Shown here piece by piece: positions 19,525-28,896 of a stretch of DNA of 51,939 nt; the first letter of the stretch is position 1; the number at the start of each line of letters is the position of its first letter. The notes under the pieces were generated by a model. It saw only the letters and a list, made by a program, of their open reading frames with translations. It was not told the DNA's origin and made no database searches. The DNA lies in the IMG/VR virus record IMGVR_UViG_3300009603_000019, positions 1 through 51,939 of that record. One strand, 5' to 3'. The DNA is from a virus (taxonomy: Duplodnaviria > Caudoviricetes). A program made the position numbers and the translations under genes.

Positions 19525-21609
19525 TTATCGTCCTTCCACATTCTGACGGGGCGGTGATGGCGCACCCTGCCCTTGCGTACGTTGGGCATCTCCTAAAATA
19601 TTGCTGGGTGTCTGTGGAGGCTGTCGCATCATACTCGGATTTACTGCACCGCTCGGTACTCTTGCCCCACCCCTCGCGCCGCCGGGAGCCTGTCCCGGTG
19701 CCGCCTGAGCCTCAGGCGCAGCAGGATTAATGACCTCCTTGGCGGGTTTATCAAGGAAGGGAAGGATACGCTCTGGATCATGGATCTCATAACCTCGCAC
19801 CAACAGCAACCGAACCAATTCACCCAGATTAGGAGGTTCTCCATAAATCTGCTGAATCTTATCTGTTAAACCACCCATTAAGTTGATCAAGTCCAGATAC
19901 TGCTTACGCTCTAAGGCTACAGCCTTTGCCCCAGAAGTTATGTCGATCTCAAAATCATATTCACCCTTTGCCATATCCTCTGTAATGGATACATACTCAT
20001 CGGCATTAGGGTCTATAAGAAAAATTCTCTCTGGCTTGAACTCTGTCGTAAGTTGCCAGAACTTCATCGCCTTACGAACTTGGAAGTACTTAAAAGCCTG
20101 TGCGCGTTCATCCTCTCTGGCCGAATTACGCTTATCCATTATATTGGCTTCAGTAGCCGTATCGCTCTGGGGCAATGCTACGGGTTGAGGAGTACCCGCA
20201 CTGCGATCAAACATTGTTTGAACCATGTTGAGCAACTGGCCCTTGTCGCTCTGCACATCCCCAAACTGCACCGCTTGCACAGCACGACCCTGTGACTCTA
20301 CCAGCCCCTCTACCTCAAAAGCTTCCATGTCATCCGCTTGAAGGATGTCATTGATCTCTGTATCTGACACATAACGTGGATCATAGAGAAAGAGATTCTT
20401 CTGCTTGCGTATGACCGACAGGAAAGAGTCCAGTATCTCATTTACCAGTGACTGCAACGCATCCCCTCCCGCCAATAGAAGCGGAGGCTTATTGAACCAC
20501 GTAGTCAATGAATTATTAAAGTTCAAGACCTCACAGGGGAACCCCTCTACGTGCCTGAAAGGCCAATCTTCTTCATAGCGAAAGAACTTATTGTGAGAGG
20601 GGGAGAAGTTGAGAAATAGGTTGGAGCGACTGCCCTGTCCTATGACCATATTCCTTGCATAGATCTCATACCCCTCTACCATGCCAAAATCATCTATTTC
20701 ATAGATGTTGTCTTGCTCAGGGGCATTGGCAAACCGTAACTCTTCCGATGGTTCCAAGTCGGCGGTATTATAGAGGGAATCGTCTGCCATCATCTCGTCT
20801 ATATGGCGCACGTATCTAAAAGCCACCCACTTGGCATCATGTATGCCATCAGAGGCAAAGGGGTCCATGAGAAAGTCACCGGGGTTCCACCTTCGTCCAT
20901 AGGGAGCTTCCCATTTTATAGACGTATGCTCTCCCGCATCTCCCCTGTCCAAAATTATTTGATGGTCTTGAATGTGGGATTCTAAGATAGCCTGAAAGCG
21001 AGGGTCGAGGTCGGGCTGCTGAAGGAACTCTGTATGGACCGCAATATGCTCTTCGTGACTCTGTTCAGCGGTGACCGTCGTTATCTCACCCGAAGTGAGA
21101 AACAGCGACTCTGTATTGGGATCATCCATCACCTTGCCGGGGTTCAAAAGCTGGCTGGTGACGATATCCGTCTCCAAGTCCATGGTGTAGCCAACCTTAG
21201 TAACACCCCAAGGACTGAGAAAAGCATCCAATAAAACCCGCTTATCCTGCTCCAACTGCCCCGTTTCACGATACCAATAATCGCTTATCTTAGCGACAAA
21301 TCGCTCTTGACCTACACCATCTTTATTGAAAGGAGTTATTTTAAACTTGGGATCGTGCGCGGCTATATTAGAGACACTCTGGTCGATCCACCCATAGATC
21401 AAATTAGTTTTGATCCTCGTACCGGGATCGCCCGTTAAAGACAGGTCTTCCAAGTCCTTTTCTCGCTCAGTAGCCGCTTGCATATTGTACTGATCGAGTA
21501 AGACCTGTGAAGCATCGAAAAAAGGTCGGTAGAAGTCCGTAGCGTGTTGAATCCTACGCTTCCACCACTCCAATTGATGTTCGCGTTTATTTGGATAAGA
21601 TACCGGCAT
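19525..21609 (-). CDS. Portal protein (P22-like)
   Basis: 694 aa, immediately after terL; DFLMDP, TATEANI, EYDFEIDITSG, Q/P-rich tail. Confidence 0.85.
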   Translation of the reverse strand: MPVSYPNKREHQLEWWKRRIQHATDFYRPFFDASQVLLDQYNMQAATEREKDLEDLSLTGDPGTRIKTNLIYGWIDQSVSNIAAHDPKFKITPFNKDGVGQERFVAKISDYWYRETGQLEQDKRVLLDAFLSPWGVTKVGYTMDLETDIVTSQLLNPGKVMDDPNTESLFLTSGEITTVTAEQSHEEHIAVHTEFLQQPDLDPRFQAILESHIQDHQIILDRGDAGEHTSIKWEAPYGRRWNPGDFLMDPFASDGIHDAKWVAFRYVRHIDEMMADDSLYNTADLEPSEELRFANAPEQDNIYEIDDFGMVEGYEIYARNMVIGQGSRSNLFLNFSPSHNKFFRYEEDWPFRHVEGFPCEVLNFNNSLTTWFNKPPLLLAGGDALQSLVNEILDSFLSVIRKQKNLFLYDPRYVSDTEINDILQADDMEAFEVEGLVESQGRAVQAVQFGDVQSDKGQLLNMVQTMFDRSAGTPQPVALPQSDTATEANIMDKRNSAREDERAQAFKYFQVRKAMKFWQLTTEFKPERIFLIDPNADEYVSITEDMAKGEYDFEIDITSGAKAVALERKQYLDLINLMGGLTDKIQQIYGEPPNLGELVRLLLVRGYEIHDPERILPFLDKPAKEVINPAAPEAQAAPGQAPGGARGGARVPSGAVNPSMMRQPPQTPSNILGDAQRTQGQGAPSPPRQNVEGR

Positions 21610-21668
21610 AATATTAATATGTTTCCATTAGGTATAGTTTGTCAAGTAGTAATAATTCTTGGTAGTTA

Positions 21669-23234
21669 CTATTCTACACTACTATAATGCTGGTCATAAG
21701 GAATAGGATCGTGTGACCCTATGATAGGAGCCTCCCTAACGACTCTTTTACCCTGCCTACGCAACTTGCTTCTGTGCATCAACTCTTCAAAAGTATATGT
21801 CCTAGCTCCCCATGGATTATCTTCGTCAGGTAGCGGCTTGCCGGGCGTAAGCTCTTCCAACATAATACCCAGCAAAGAAAAACAATCTACCTCATCATCA
21901 TGCTTCCCCACGGGGAAATTGGTTAACGTCTGCAACACCTCTTGTGTCCAACGCCTCTTAGAAGGAAACAAGATCATCTTCTGCTGCGCCCTCCCCTGAA
22001 TAGCTCTAGCTCTAACTGTCTTATCCTTACTCGGCGTATACTGCTTCCTATAGCAATAAGCGTCACGCTCCTTCATCCGCTGTGATAAGTAAGGACCAAC
22101 AGAATTCAAGATCTGACCACGCTCCTCCCCCCACTGCGTGATCTTCCACTTCTTCATCATATCGATGACCGACTCAATCCATTCCTGTGGCTTAGCTCGC
22201 TTCTTCCAAAAATCAGCCACATAAATACGGTCATATGGATCTACTGCAAAAACGACATGCACCGTATAATCCGCACCAGAACGCTCTGATGTTGCATAGT
22301 CACTAGTACCATAAAAACGCAACGTAGTATGAGGAGGGAGATGCTCATACATATCAAACCAGTCTATGTGGAAAAAGGCTCCTTCCGCACGGGTAGGCTC
22401 CTGCTGGTAAAGTGCGTGATACTCTCTTTCCCCCAAGACCCCACGAATTTCTTTTAACGCTTTCTCATCATACCATCCCGGCCAGAGAGCCTTACCCTTG
22501 TCCCTACCCAAAGGATCGTCATCCATCGCTTCTGCCGCAAGCTTCAATACCTCCCAATCCCGTACCTCCTCCGTATCATCCATCTGCTGAATCAGCCTAC
22601 CACTCAAGTCGTCGTCATGCCAGCGTGTTTGGATGACAATGATCTTTGCATTAGGCTGCAAGCGAGTAAAGGCCGTAGAGCGATACCACGCCCAGACCCT
22701 CTCTCGCTCCGATAACGAATCTGCCTCCTCACGATTCTTAATAGGATCATCTATAATGAGTAGGTCTGCTCCTCGTCCCGTGGCTGCCGTGCCAACACCC
22801 ACCGCAAAATACTCACCCCGATAATCAGCAATACGCCACTTATTAGCGGCAGTAGCATCCTGAGAAAGCTTCTTCCCCTCAAAAATCTTTTGATACTCTT
22901 CGCCGTTGACGATCTCCCTAACATCACGACCAAAATCCGTAGCTAGCTCCTGACCATATGAAGCATGTATTATAGATGAATTAGGATTGCGACCCATAAA
23001 CCATGCCGGGAATCTGCGACTAGCCAACTCACTTTTGCCATGTCTAGGCGGCATAAAAATCATCAAACGATGACACTCACCCGACTCCACCTCTTGGAGC
23101 TTTTCACAGATAACACGATGATGATCCGCTACTACGAACTTGGGGAAGGTAAACGTAGTGAAATCTAGCAACGTATCATAGGCCGACTCCCGCTCTAAAA
23201 GAATCTCAGCCGCTTGCTGTGCAGGATCTCTCAC
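21669..23234 (-). CDS. terL: Terminase large subunit
   Basis: Walker A MPPRHGKS, GRGADLLIIDDP, QTRWHDDDL, YQQEP, nuclease D..., FPVGKHDDEVD. Confidence 0.97.
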   Translation of the reverse strand: MRDPAQQAAEILLERESAYDTLLDFTTFTFPKFVVADHHRVICEKLQEVESGECHRLMIFMPPRHGKSELASRRFPAWFMGRNPNSSIIHASYGQELATDFGRDVREIVNGEEYQKIFEGKKLSQDATAANKWRIADYRGEYFAVGVGTAATGRGADLLIIDDPIKNREEADSLSERERVWAWYRSTAFTRLQPNAKIIVIQTRWHDDDLSGRLIQQMDDTEEVRDWEVLKLAAEAMDDDPLGRDKGKALWPGWYDEKALKEIRGVLGEREYHALYQQEPTRAEGAFFHIDWFDMYEHLPPHTTLRFYGTSDYATSERSGADYTVHVVFAVDPYDRIYVADFWKKRAKPQEWIESVIDMMKKWKITQWGEERGQILNSVGPYLSQRMKERDAYCYRKQYTPSKDKTVRARAIQGRAQQKMILFPSKRRWTQEVLQTLTNFPVGKHDDEVDCFSLLGIMLEELTPGKPLPDEDNPWGARTYTFEELMHRSKLRRQGKRVVREAPIIGSHDPIPYDQHYSSVE

Positions 23235-23449
23235 AATAACGTAGTAACCGTCTTACCATGCTCATCCTCCTCATACACCACCCGCTGGTCCTCATCCGTA
23301 TGCGGCTCTACCTTTTCACCTAATTTTGGGAATATTTTTTTAACGGAAAATGAACCCAACGATTTCTTGACCCTTTGATACTCTTCCATTGTTTCACGTG
23401 GAATACCCGCCAAACCATACACCGCGTCTATCCATCTATTACTATTCAT
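23231..23449 (-). CDS. Hypothetical protein (start re-called to ATG 23449)
   Basis: MNSNRWIDAVY...; overlaps both neighbours. Confidence 0.6.
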   Translation of the reverse strand: MNSNRWIDAVYGLAGIPRETMEEYQRVKKSLGSFSVKKIFPKLGEKVEPHTDEDQRVVYEEDEHGKTVTTLL

Positions 23450-23630
23450 ATTCCCTCTTTGCAAAGTCACTTTTAGGCAACAAAAGACCCATCGCATGAA
23501 TCATACGGTTCTTTCTCTCCCTTGACATAATAGAGTCGCAATCCCTCAAATACATATCCACAACGCCCAATGCCTCCCCAACAGTAGGCTTCACCTCTGT
23601 AGATTCAAGCAACCTATCCAGATTGCTCAT
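23442..23630 (-). CDS. Hypothetical protein
   Basis: 62 aa; GGAGAGGTGG upstream. Confidence 0.6.
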   Translation of the reverse strand: MSNLDRLLESTEVKPTVGEALGVVDMYLRDCDSIMSRERKNRMIHAMGLLLPKSDFAKREYE

Positions 23631-24201
23631 CCAACATCACCACCTCTCCTATCTCAGAAACCTCCGACTCAACAGACAACGCCGCCTCCGTCTTACGCTT
23701 CTGAGCAATCATCATCAACTCCTCCCTACTTAACTCCTCCAAAGGACGATCTATCTTACTATGCGTCATCGCCACCTCCTTAGGAGCGTGGAATCCCAAA
23801 ATCTTACACCGCTGCTCTACACACCACGAAATTTTGTCTAACCACTTGGCATCCCCAGAACTTGAAGCCTCCTTCTGTGTTACCGTCCTAGGATTGACCT
23901 TCTCGTCATAATGCGTAGTACGGCGATGCTCACCCTTCGATGCCTCATACGCCTCCCATGCCGCCCTCTCAATCTCGTCAATCTTAGCCAACTGCTCCAT
24001 CTTAGCCGATCTAAAATCATACGAAGCACCATTGTGCCACTCATCACGCAACTTACGCAAATCTACCTCTATAGTACTCAGACTAACCTTCAACTCCTTC
24101 GCCATCTCCGCTTGCTTCATACCCCGCAAATACATCGACGATAAAAGCTGCCTGTCAAACATTCTTTGCATCCTACTCCGCTTAATCGTGTTCATACCCA
24201 T
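23614..24201 (-). CDS. Probable terminase small subunit (N-terminal HTH)
   Basis: YLRGMKQAEMAKELKVSLSTIEVDL HTH; RCKILG; C-terminal LEELSREEL; upstream of terL. Confidence 0.65.
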   Translation of the reverse strand: MGMNTIKRSRMQRMFDRQLLSSMYLRGMKQAEMAKELKVSLSTIEVDLRKLRDEWHNGASYDFRSAKMEQLAKIDEIERAAWEAYEASKGEHRRTTHYDEKVNPRTVTQKEASSSGDAKWLDKISWCVEQRCKILGFHAPKEVAMTHSKIDRPLEELSREELMMIAQKRKTEAALSVESEVSEIGEVVMLDEQSG

Positions 24202-24207
24202 ACTATC

Positions 24208-24441
24208 CTATACGTGAAGCGTACCACCCTCCAAAATTAAAGAAACTTCCTTGTTAGAAGCCGTACGACCCAATACCGTAGGCAAAATATCAGCCAACCT
24301 GAAAAACTTATCAAAATCACCCAACTCCGAAGCAATACCCAACGTCTCTAACGAAATACCCTCCTCGCCTAACTCATCCCGCAATACCTTGATAATGTCA
24401 TCCGCCGCCGAAATCATCTTTACTATATTACGACTGTCCAT
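24208..24441 (-). CDS. Hypothetical protein, first gene of the late arm
   Basis: 77 aa; GAGGTGG RBS. Confidence 0.6.
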   Translation of the reverse strand: MDSRNIVKMISAADDIIKVLRDELGEEGISLETLGIASELGDFDKFFRLADILPTVLGRTASNKEVSLILEGGTLHV

Positions 24442-24827
24442 CCAAAACCACCTCTCTAATATAACCGCGATAATGCGGATAATACTCTAATATACTATAC
24501 CACAACAAGCGCAACAAGCCAAATATGACTTTTTAGACCAAAAATGATACGCTTGGTAGGAGTGCCATATATTATAACAAAAATCGTAAGTCGGGGATGA
24601 CGTTTGCGGAGGGGGCCAGATGCCGGGGCCATGGCGCGGGAAGCCGCCTAAGCTCCGAAGGAGCCGCGTGGGCTTTTTCCCCGTCGTTGAGGGGTCAAAT
24701 GGCAGCGGACCCTGCATAGACTCAGCGACCTTTTCGCGCATCCCTAAAGGCTTCAGCCTTTAGTGTGTCATTGCTTTGTTGGAACTCTTCTAAAAAGCTA
24801 AAGCTTTTGTTATTGGGAGGCTGAACC

Positions 24828-25072
24828 ATGGGGTGGATGGTTGTTGGGAACTATGGGGTGGATGGTTACCAGACCTAACTCCCTCTCTCTGCTACTCAGA
24901 GAGGGAGTAATGCGATGACCCCCTCTCTCTGCTTCTCAGAGAGGGGGTAGGCTGATTTCTTGGAGGACTGCTTACAGAAAACTTGTTTTCTGTAAGTAGT
25001 CCTCCAAGTCAACTCTTGTCAAGAGGTTGTAGTAAATAACTTGTTATTTACGAAACCTCTTGACAAGAGTTG
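24828..25072. repeat. Cluster of direct repeats and four long inverted repeats in the divergent intergenic region
   Basis: ATGGGGTGGATGGTT x2 (24828, 24853); twin 11-bp hairpins (24878-24908, 24918-24948); 24-bp stem (24959-25008); 19+9-bp stem (25010-25072). Confidence 0.9.
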
Positions 25073-25176
25073 GTAGGGTGCCGTAAGTTTGGGGTCCGAT
25101 CATCGCAACTCTGTGTTGGTCGGTTGTATTGCAGTTCACCCCGTGAAAGTCCCAAAGGGACTGAAGGGAGCTTCAA

Positions 25177-25680
25177 ATGGCTAAGTTTAGCCTGTCCAGC
25201 CTCAGCAAAGCTGAGGAGTCGAAAGTTCGTAAGTCCGATTCAAAGAATCGGATGAAACTCGAAACAGCGGCTTTGCCGCTGGACAGTAGCAAACCGACGA
25301 TGAATCTGCTCCTGAAGGGAGCAGAACTGGCTGAGTTCAGCAAAGCTGAAAGGGACCTGCTGGATCAAGCCTCTGGCTTGATCTGCCGGGGAGAAGCTTG
25401 GAGCGTCATCGGAAAGGTTAAAGACGCCATCAAAGATGGCGACACTGCACTATCCAAAGCTGAGCTTTGGTCGTTGATGGCTTTGGCTGAGGGCCGAAGC
25501 GAACTTCCAAGGTCTTCTAAGAAGACCTCCAAGACTCCAAAGGAGTCTTCGAAACCGAACATCGACGTATCTTCGCTGAAGGCGAAGATTGACGAGGTCG
25601 TTGAAGACGACTTGAAAGACGCTCTGGAAAGAGCGTTGGAAGGCCTCTTAGATGCCTTGGTCCTGATTGACGAGGCCTAA
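25177..25680 (+). CDS. Hypothetical protein, first gene of the early arm
   Basis: 167 aa; AAGGGAG RBS; helical, K/S/E/L-rich. Confidence 0.75.
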   Translation: MAKFSLSSLSKAEESKVRKSDSKNRMKLETAALPLDSSKPTMNLLLKGAELAEFSKAERDLLDQASGLICRGEAWSVIGKVKDAIKDGDTALSKAELWSLMALAEGRSELPRSSKKTSKTPKESSKPNIDVSSLKAKIDEVVEDDLKDALERALEGLLDALVLIDEA

Positions 25681-25719
25681 AGGCCTCCGAAGCAAGATAG
25701 CCTGAAGGGCTATCGTGCT

Positions 25720-26595
25720 GCCGACCTCCTCCCTTCGGGGAGGGGGTTGGTCCCATCGGTAAGAGATGGGGCATCCCTTAAGGGATGTCGGCGTATCCCT
25801 TCTAAGATCTTTGAGCTACTTCGTAGCTACGCCATCCTACCCTTGCTCCCTTCGTGGAGCCTTCGTATAAATCCCTTCGTGGATAAGTCATAGCTCCCTT
25901 CGTGGAGCCTTCGCCTCACCCCCTTCGTGGATAATCCCATAGGGTTTAAGACCCTTAGGCCAGTGAACTGTTCGTCCTTCGTTGACGGATCGTAAGCGAC
26001 ACCGCCGCTGGTACTCTCTTAAGCCCCTTACATCAGCTTTGGATAGTGCAGTTGAAGCTGCAACCACTGGTTAACTCCCTTCGTGGAGTTCCAGCTTGGT
26101 AAGCGACCAGAGCGTGTCCTTCTCAACGGAGAAGTGACGAGTCCCTTACTACGTAAGCATCTTGCCCTTTGTGGCCTTCGGAGATCATCTCAAGATACTT
26201 GACGGCATCCCTTCGTGGACTATGGATCACCTGTTAGCCCTTCGCGGCCTTGATACAGGACGAGATCAACGCTCCGCTCATAAGCGGAGACTTCGTCAAG
26301 GATTAAGAGATAGAGCATTCGTAAGCGTAGTGGACCCCCTGAGTGAGAGACAGGGTTGGGCAAATAGTATGTGCTTAGGTAGCTGACTGAAGGCCTAAGC
26401 ATGTACACTCATCAGTCCTTAAGGACTGTCTTGATCTTCAAAAGTTGTTGGCTGGTAAGCCTACCTGTCGGAACCATTTAATCACGGTGACCGAAGGTAA
26501 GCTTGCTTGTTGACAAGCAGTTGAAGATCAAGGGGCATCCCGCAATAGCGAAAGTCCTGTAAATGCCATTGAGCTATTGCATCATTCGCTGTTAA
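25720..26595 (+). ncRNA. Candidate large structured non-coding RNA or regulatory region with 6 CCCTTCGTGGA hairpin repeats
   Basis: About 900 nt with no credible ORF; repeated short stems closing CTTCG loops; nested long-range stems near 26430-26530. Confidence 0.45.
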
Positions 26596-26613
26596 GCGAA
26601 AAGGAGTTGTACC

Positions 26614-27102
26614 ATGGAAGTATTGACGAATGCCTTGACCTTGCTACGTAAGTTCGTAGCTGGCTTGGCAGAAGAAGTCAAGGCTGCCGAACAGGATACC
26701 GTTGAGTTTGGCAAGATGGATCTGCGGGTCAAGGACATTGACCAATGCCATGAGCTAAGCACATCGCTGTTGTGTGCTTGGCAGATGCAGTTCGGTGACG
26801 AACTACGAAAGGCTATAGTCCAAGGTAATAAGCCGAGGATTAAGTCTTTGTGGGACGTGATTTGTAAGATCACGTCTTCATGCCTCAAGGAAGACGAAGC
26901 ACTCTGCAATATGGTAGAGATTGCCTACGAGTTAGGCAAAGAAGCCTCAGATTCTTTGGTTAAAGACTTAAGAGAAAACGTCTTGGATATTAGACTTGAA
27001 AAACAAAAAGCTATCCGTGAGAGGAACAGACTTTCCTTAGAATTAAGGGCTAAGGAGAAGCAAGCACGGTTAGACTGGCCCCACTCAACGTCCAACGTTT
27101 AG
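26614..27102 (+). CDS. Hypothetical protein
   Basis: 162 aa; AAGGAG RBS. Confidence 0.75.
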   Translation: MEVLTNALTLLRKFVAGLAEEVKAAEQDTVEFGKMDLRVKDIDQCHELSTSLLCAWQMQFGDELRKAIVQGNKPRIKSLWDVICKITSSCLKEDEALCNMVEIAYELGKEASDSLVKDLRENVLDIRLEKQKAIRERNRLSLELRAKEKQARLDWPHSTSNV

Positions 27103-27113
27103 GAGGATTAACA

Positions 27114-27290
27114 ATGGCTATAACAACTCAACAAGCCAATGCTTTAATAGCAATCAACACCCTTCTCAACAGAGCAACCGTTGAGGAGTTCAATCGTCAC
27201 CCCGAACCGCTTCGGCTTCACCAATCGGTGGACCGTTACGGCAAGGTCACCTTTAAGGAAGCGTCCAGCTTGGACGCAGAGGAGGTTTAA
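27114..27290 (+). CDS. Small hypothetical protein (58 aa)
   Basis: AGGAGG RBS; MAITTQQANAL...; stop abuts the next ATG. Confidence 0.65.
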   Translation: MAITTQQANALIAINTLLNRATVEEFNRHPEPLRLHQSVDRYGKVTFKEASSLDAEEV

Positions 27291-27656
27291 ATGAAAGACA
27301 CCATAGACTTCAGCCAAATCTGGAGCATGGCTTACGAAGCAGGGACCGAAGCGGGTAATGCCGCTCAATGCACCCCGATGATAATCACTGAAGAGATCGG
27401 TCCCAATCCCGGTCAACAGTGGATGGTCCCTGATGGTCCCTGTGGATTTGCTGAGATCAAATTTGCCGGGAATACTCAATGGGGCCGATGGGCCAAGAAA
27501 GAACGGGGCTGTACCAAAGCCTACCCGAAGGGATTGCACTATTGGGTAAGTGAATTTGGACAGAGCTATACAAGAAAGAGTGCCTTCGCCATAGCCTTTG
27601 CTAAGGTGCTAAACAACTATGGCATTGACTGCTATACAAGCAGTCGATTGGATTAA
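27291..27656 (+). CDS. Conserved phage hypothetical protein (GPCGFA motif)
   Basis: 121 aa; GAGGAGG RBS; DGPCGFA...QS..RK.A.A.AFA.VL...GI...SRLD. Confidence 0.75.
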   Translation: MKDTIDFSQIWSMAYEAGTEAGNAAQCTPMIITEEIGPNPGQQWMVPDGPCGFAEIKFAGNTQWGRWAKKERGCTKAYPKGLHYWVSEFGQSYTRKSAFAIAFAKVLNNYGIDCYTSSRLD

Positions 27657-27663
27657 GTGAGCC

Positions 27664-27695
27664 GGGGAGAGGGGTTTAATTCCCCTCTCCCCTTA
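27664..27695 (+). terminator. GC hairpin, possible terminator
   Basis: GGGGAGAGGGG-tttaatt-CCCCTCTCCCC; weak U-tract. Confidence 0.5.
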
Positions 27696-27710
27696 ACCTA
27701 AGAGGAAATT

Positions 27711-27974
27711 ATGCCACAGATCACTGATGTCAAGGTGGAGCGAAGTGAATATAACACCACCCTTGTTACAGCACGAAGCATCCTCAGCGGCGATCAGAGT
27801 GTTCAGCTTTGGGACATTCCCTTCTTACAATTTCAACGGGGCTATGCTAAGTGGCTGAACACAGGGACTCTGATACAGAATGCTTTGCCTATGTTGGATG
27901 ACAATCAGCGGGAATTCCTGATGACAGGAATAACTGAAGACGGTTGGGATGACCTGTATGATCTATCAGAATAG
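27711..27974 (+). CDS. Conserved phage hypothetical protein
   Basis: LIQNALPML...QREFLMTGIT...W motif. Confidence 0.75.
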   Translation: MPQITDVKVERSEYNTTLVTARSILSGDQSVQLWDIPFLQFQRGYAKWLNTGTLIQNALPMLDDNQREFLMTGITEDGWDDLYDLSE

Positions 27975-27985
27975 GAGGCTTGTGA

Positions 27986-28180
27986 ATGAATTACATTCAC
28001 CAGTTGCAGCAACAGGTGAAAGAGTTAGAGCAGATGCGAAGCGAAGCGGACCAATTGGTCACTGAGTTTCGCGTCTACTTGGAATCAAATAAGTTTTGGG
28101 AAGACACCACCATCGAAGTGGCCGATGTCCAGAGAAGGTTAATGCCACTGCGTCACTTACTCTTAGACTCATACAACTAA
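27986..28180 (+). CDS. Hypothetical protein
   Basis: 64 aa; AGGAGG RBS. Confidence 0.7.
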   Translation: MNYIHQLQQQVKELEQMRSEADQLVTEFRVYLESNKFWEDTTIEVADVQRRLMPLRHLLLDSYN

Positions 28181-28192
28181 GGAGGTAGCACA

Positions 28193-28354
28193 ATGAACAA
28201 AGACCAGCGCATTGAACGAGCCGAAGTTCGTCAGGGGGAACGCTTGGAGCGTTCCCCCGAACAGCAACTCCAACTCCTTGATAAGCGATTGGGTAAGGGA
28301 GTTGGTGCCTCTAAGGAGCGAGCTAAGTTACTCGCTCAGATAGGGAGTAAGTAA
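28193..28354 (+). CDS. Small hypothetical protein (53 aa)
   Basis: AAGGAGGT RBS; MNKDQRIERAE...LDKRLGKGVGASKERAKL. Confidence 0.7.
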   Translation: MNKDQRIERAEVRQGERLERSPEQQLQLLDKRLGKGVGASKERAKLLAQIGSK

Positions 28355-28356
28355 AA

Positions 28357-28896
28357 ATGAAACTTCCTTGGGTAGATGACGGAAACCTGCAGGAAAAATT
28401 GGGATGGTGGTTAACCTTAGAAGAGTTGGAAAGCTGGCTGAAAGAGGCAGAGCTTCCTGAGCTTATGGCTACTCAGTCTTGGGAGGCTTTCCCTAAGGAG
28501 CCAGTAGACTGGAACGAATCATGTTTATGTCCTGTCTCCCTCTGCATTAAGGAGACTAAGTCGATGGAAGAGCAGAAAGCATTTAGCACAACGGTAGGCA
28601 TTCGGCTTAGGGCAGACTTCACAGAAGGAGGAAGCGGAGTATGGCCGGTGCCTTACCACCTAATGGAGTTCACACAAAGGTATGACCTCAGGTGTGACGA
28701 TCAATGGGCTGACGAATGCCGCAATAAGTGTTCGCTTAGCACTGAAGAAGGACACGTTCAAAGCCAAGGAGGTAAAGAAGTAAGACCCTATCAAGTAGTT
28801 CCAGCGGAGACAGCAAGACTGCTGGCCTTATCGGCAATTGAATCCATGAAAGAAAAGACGGAGGAGTCGAATGAAGATTACGCAGCATCGCTCTAA
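28357..28896 (+). CDS. Hypothetical protein
   Basis: 179 aa within the operon. Confidence 0.65.
   Translation: MKLPWVDDGNLQEKLGWWLTLEELESWLKEAELPELMATQSWEAFPKEPVDWNESCLCPVSLCIKETKSMEEQKAFSTTVGIRLRADFTEGGSGVWPVPYHLMEFTQRYDLRCDDQWADECRNKCSLSTEEGHVQSQGGKEVRPYQVVPAETARLLALSAIESMKEKTEESNEDYAASL

Noticed and set aside
3152-23000. Plus-strand ORFs within the structural arm (for example 3507..4157, 6978..7550, 15797..16405, 18753..19397)
   Set aside because: They are antisense to well-supported, tightly packed minus-strand genes and lack RBS or motifs.
24487-24741. 84-aa minus-strand ORF
   Set aside because: No RBS, odd composition, spans a compositional boundary in the divergent control region.
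24959-25072. Protelomerase (telRL) site of a linear plasmid prophage
   Set aside because: No protelomerase or tyrosine-recombinase gene is recognisable in the window; kept only as unexplained palindromes.
26370-26430. Hammerhead ribozyme on the minus strand (CTGATGAG next to hairpins)
   Set aside because: No GAAA core follows the would-be stem II, and the CTG is sequestered in a palindrome.
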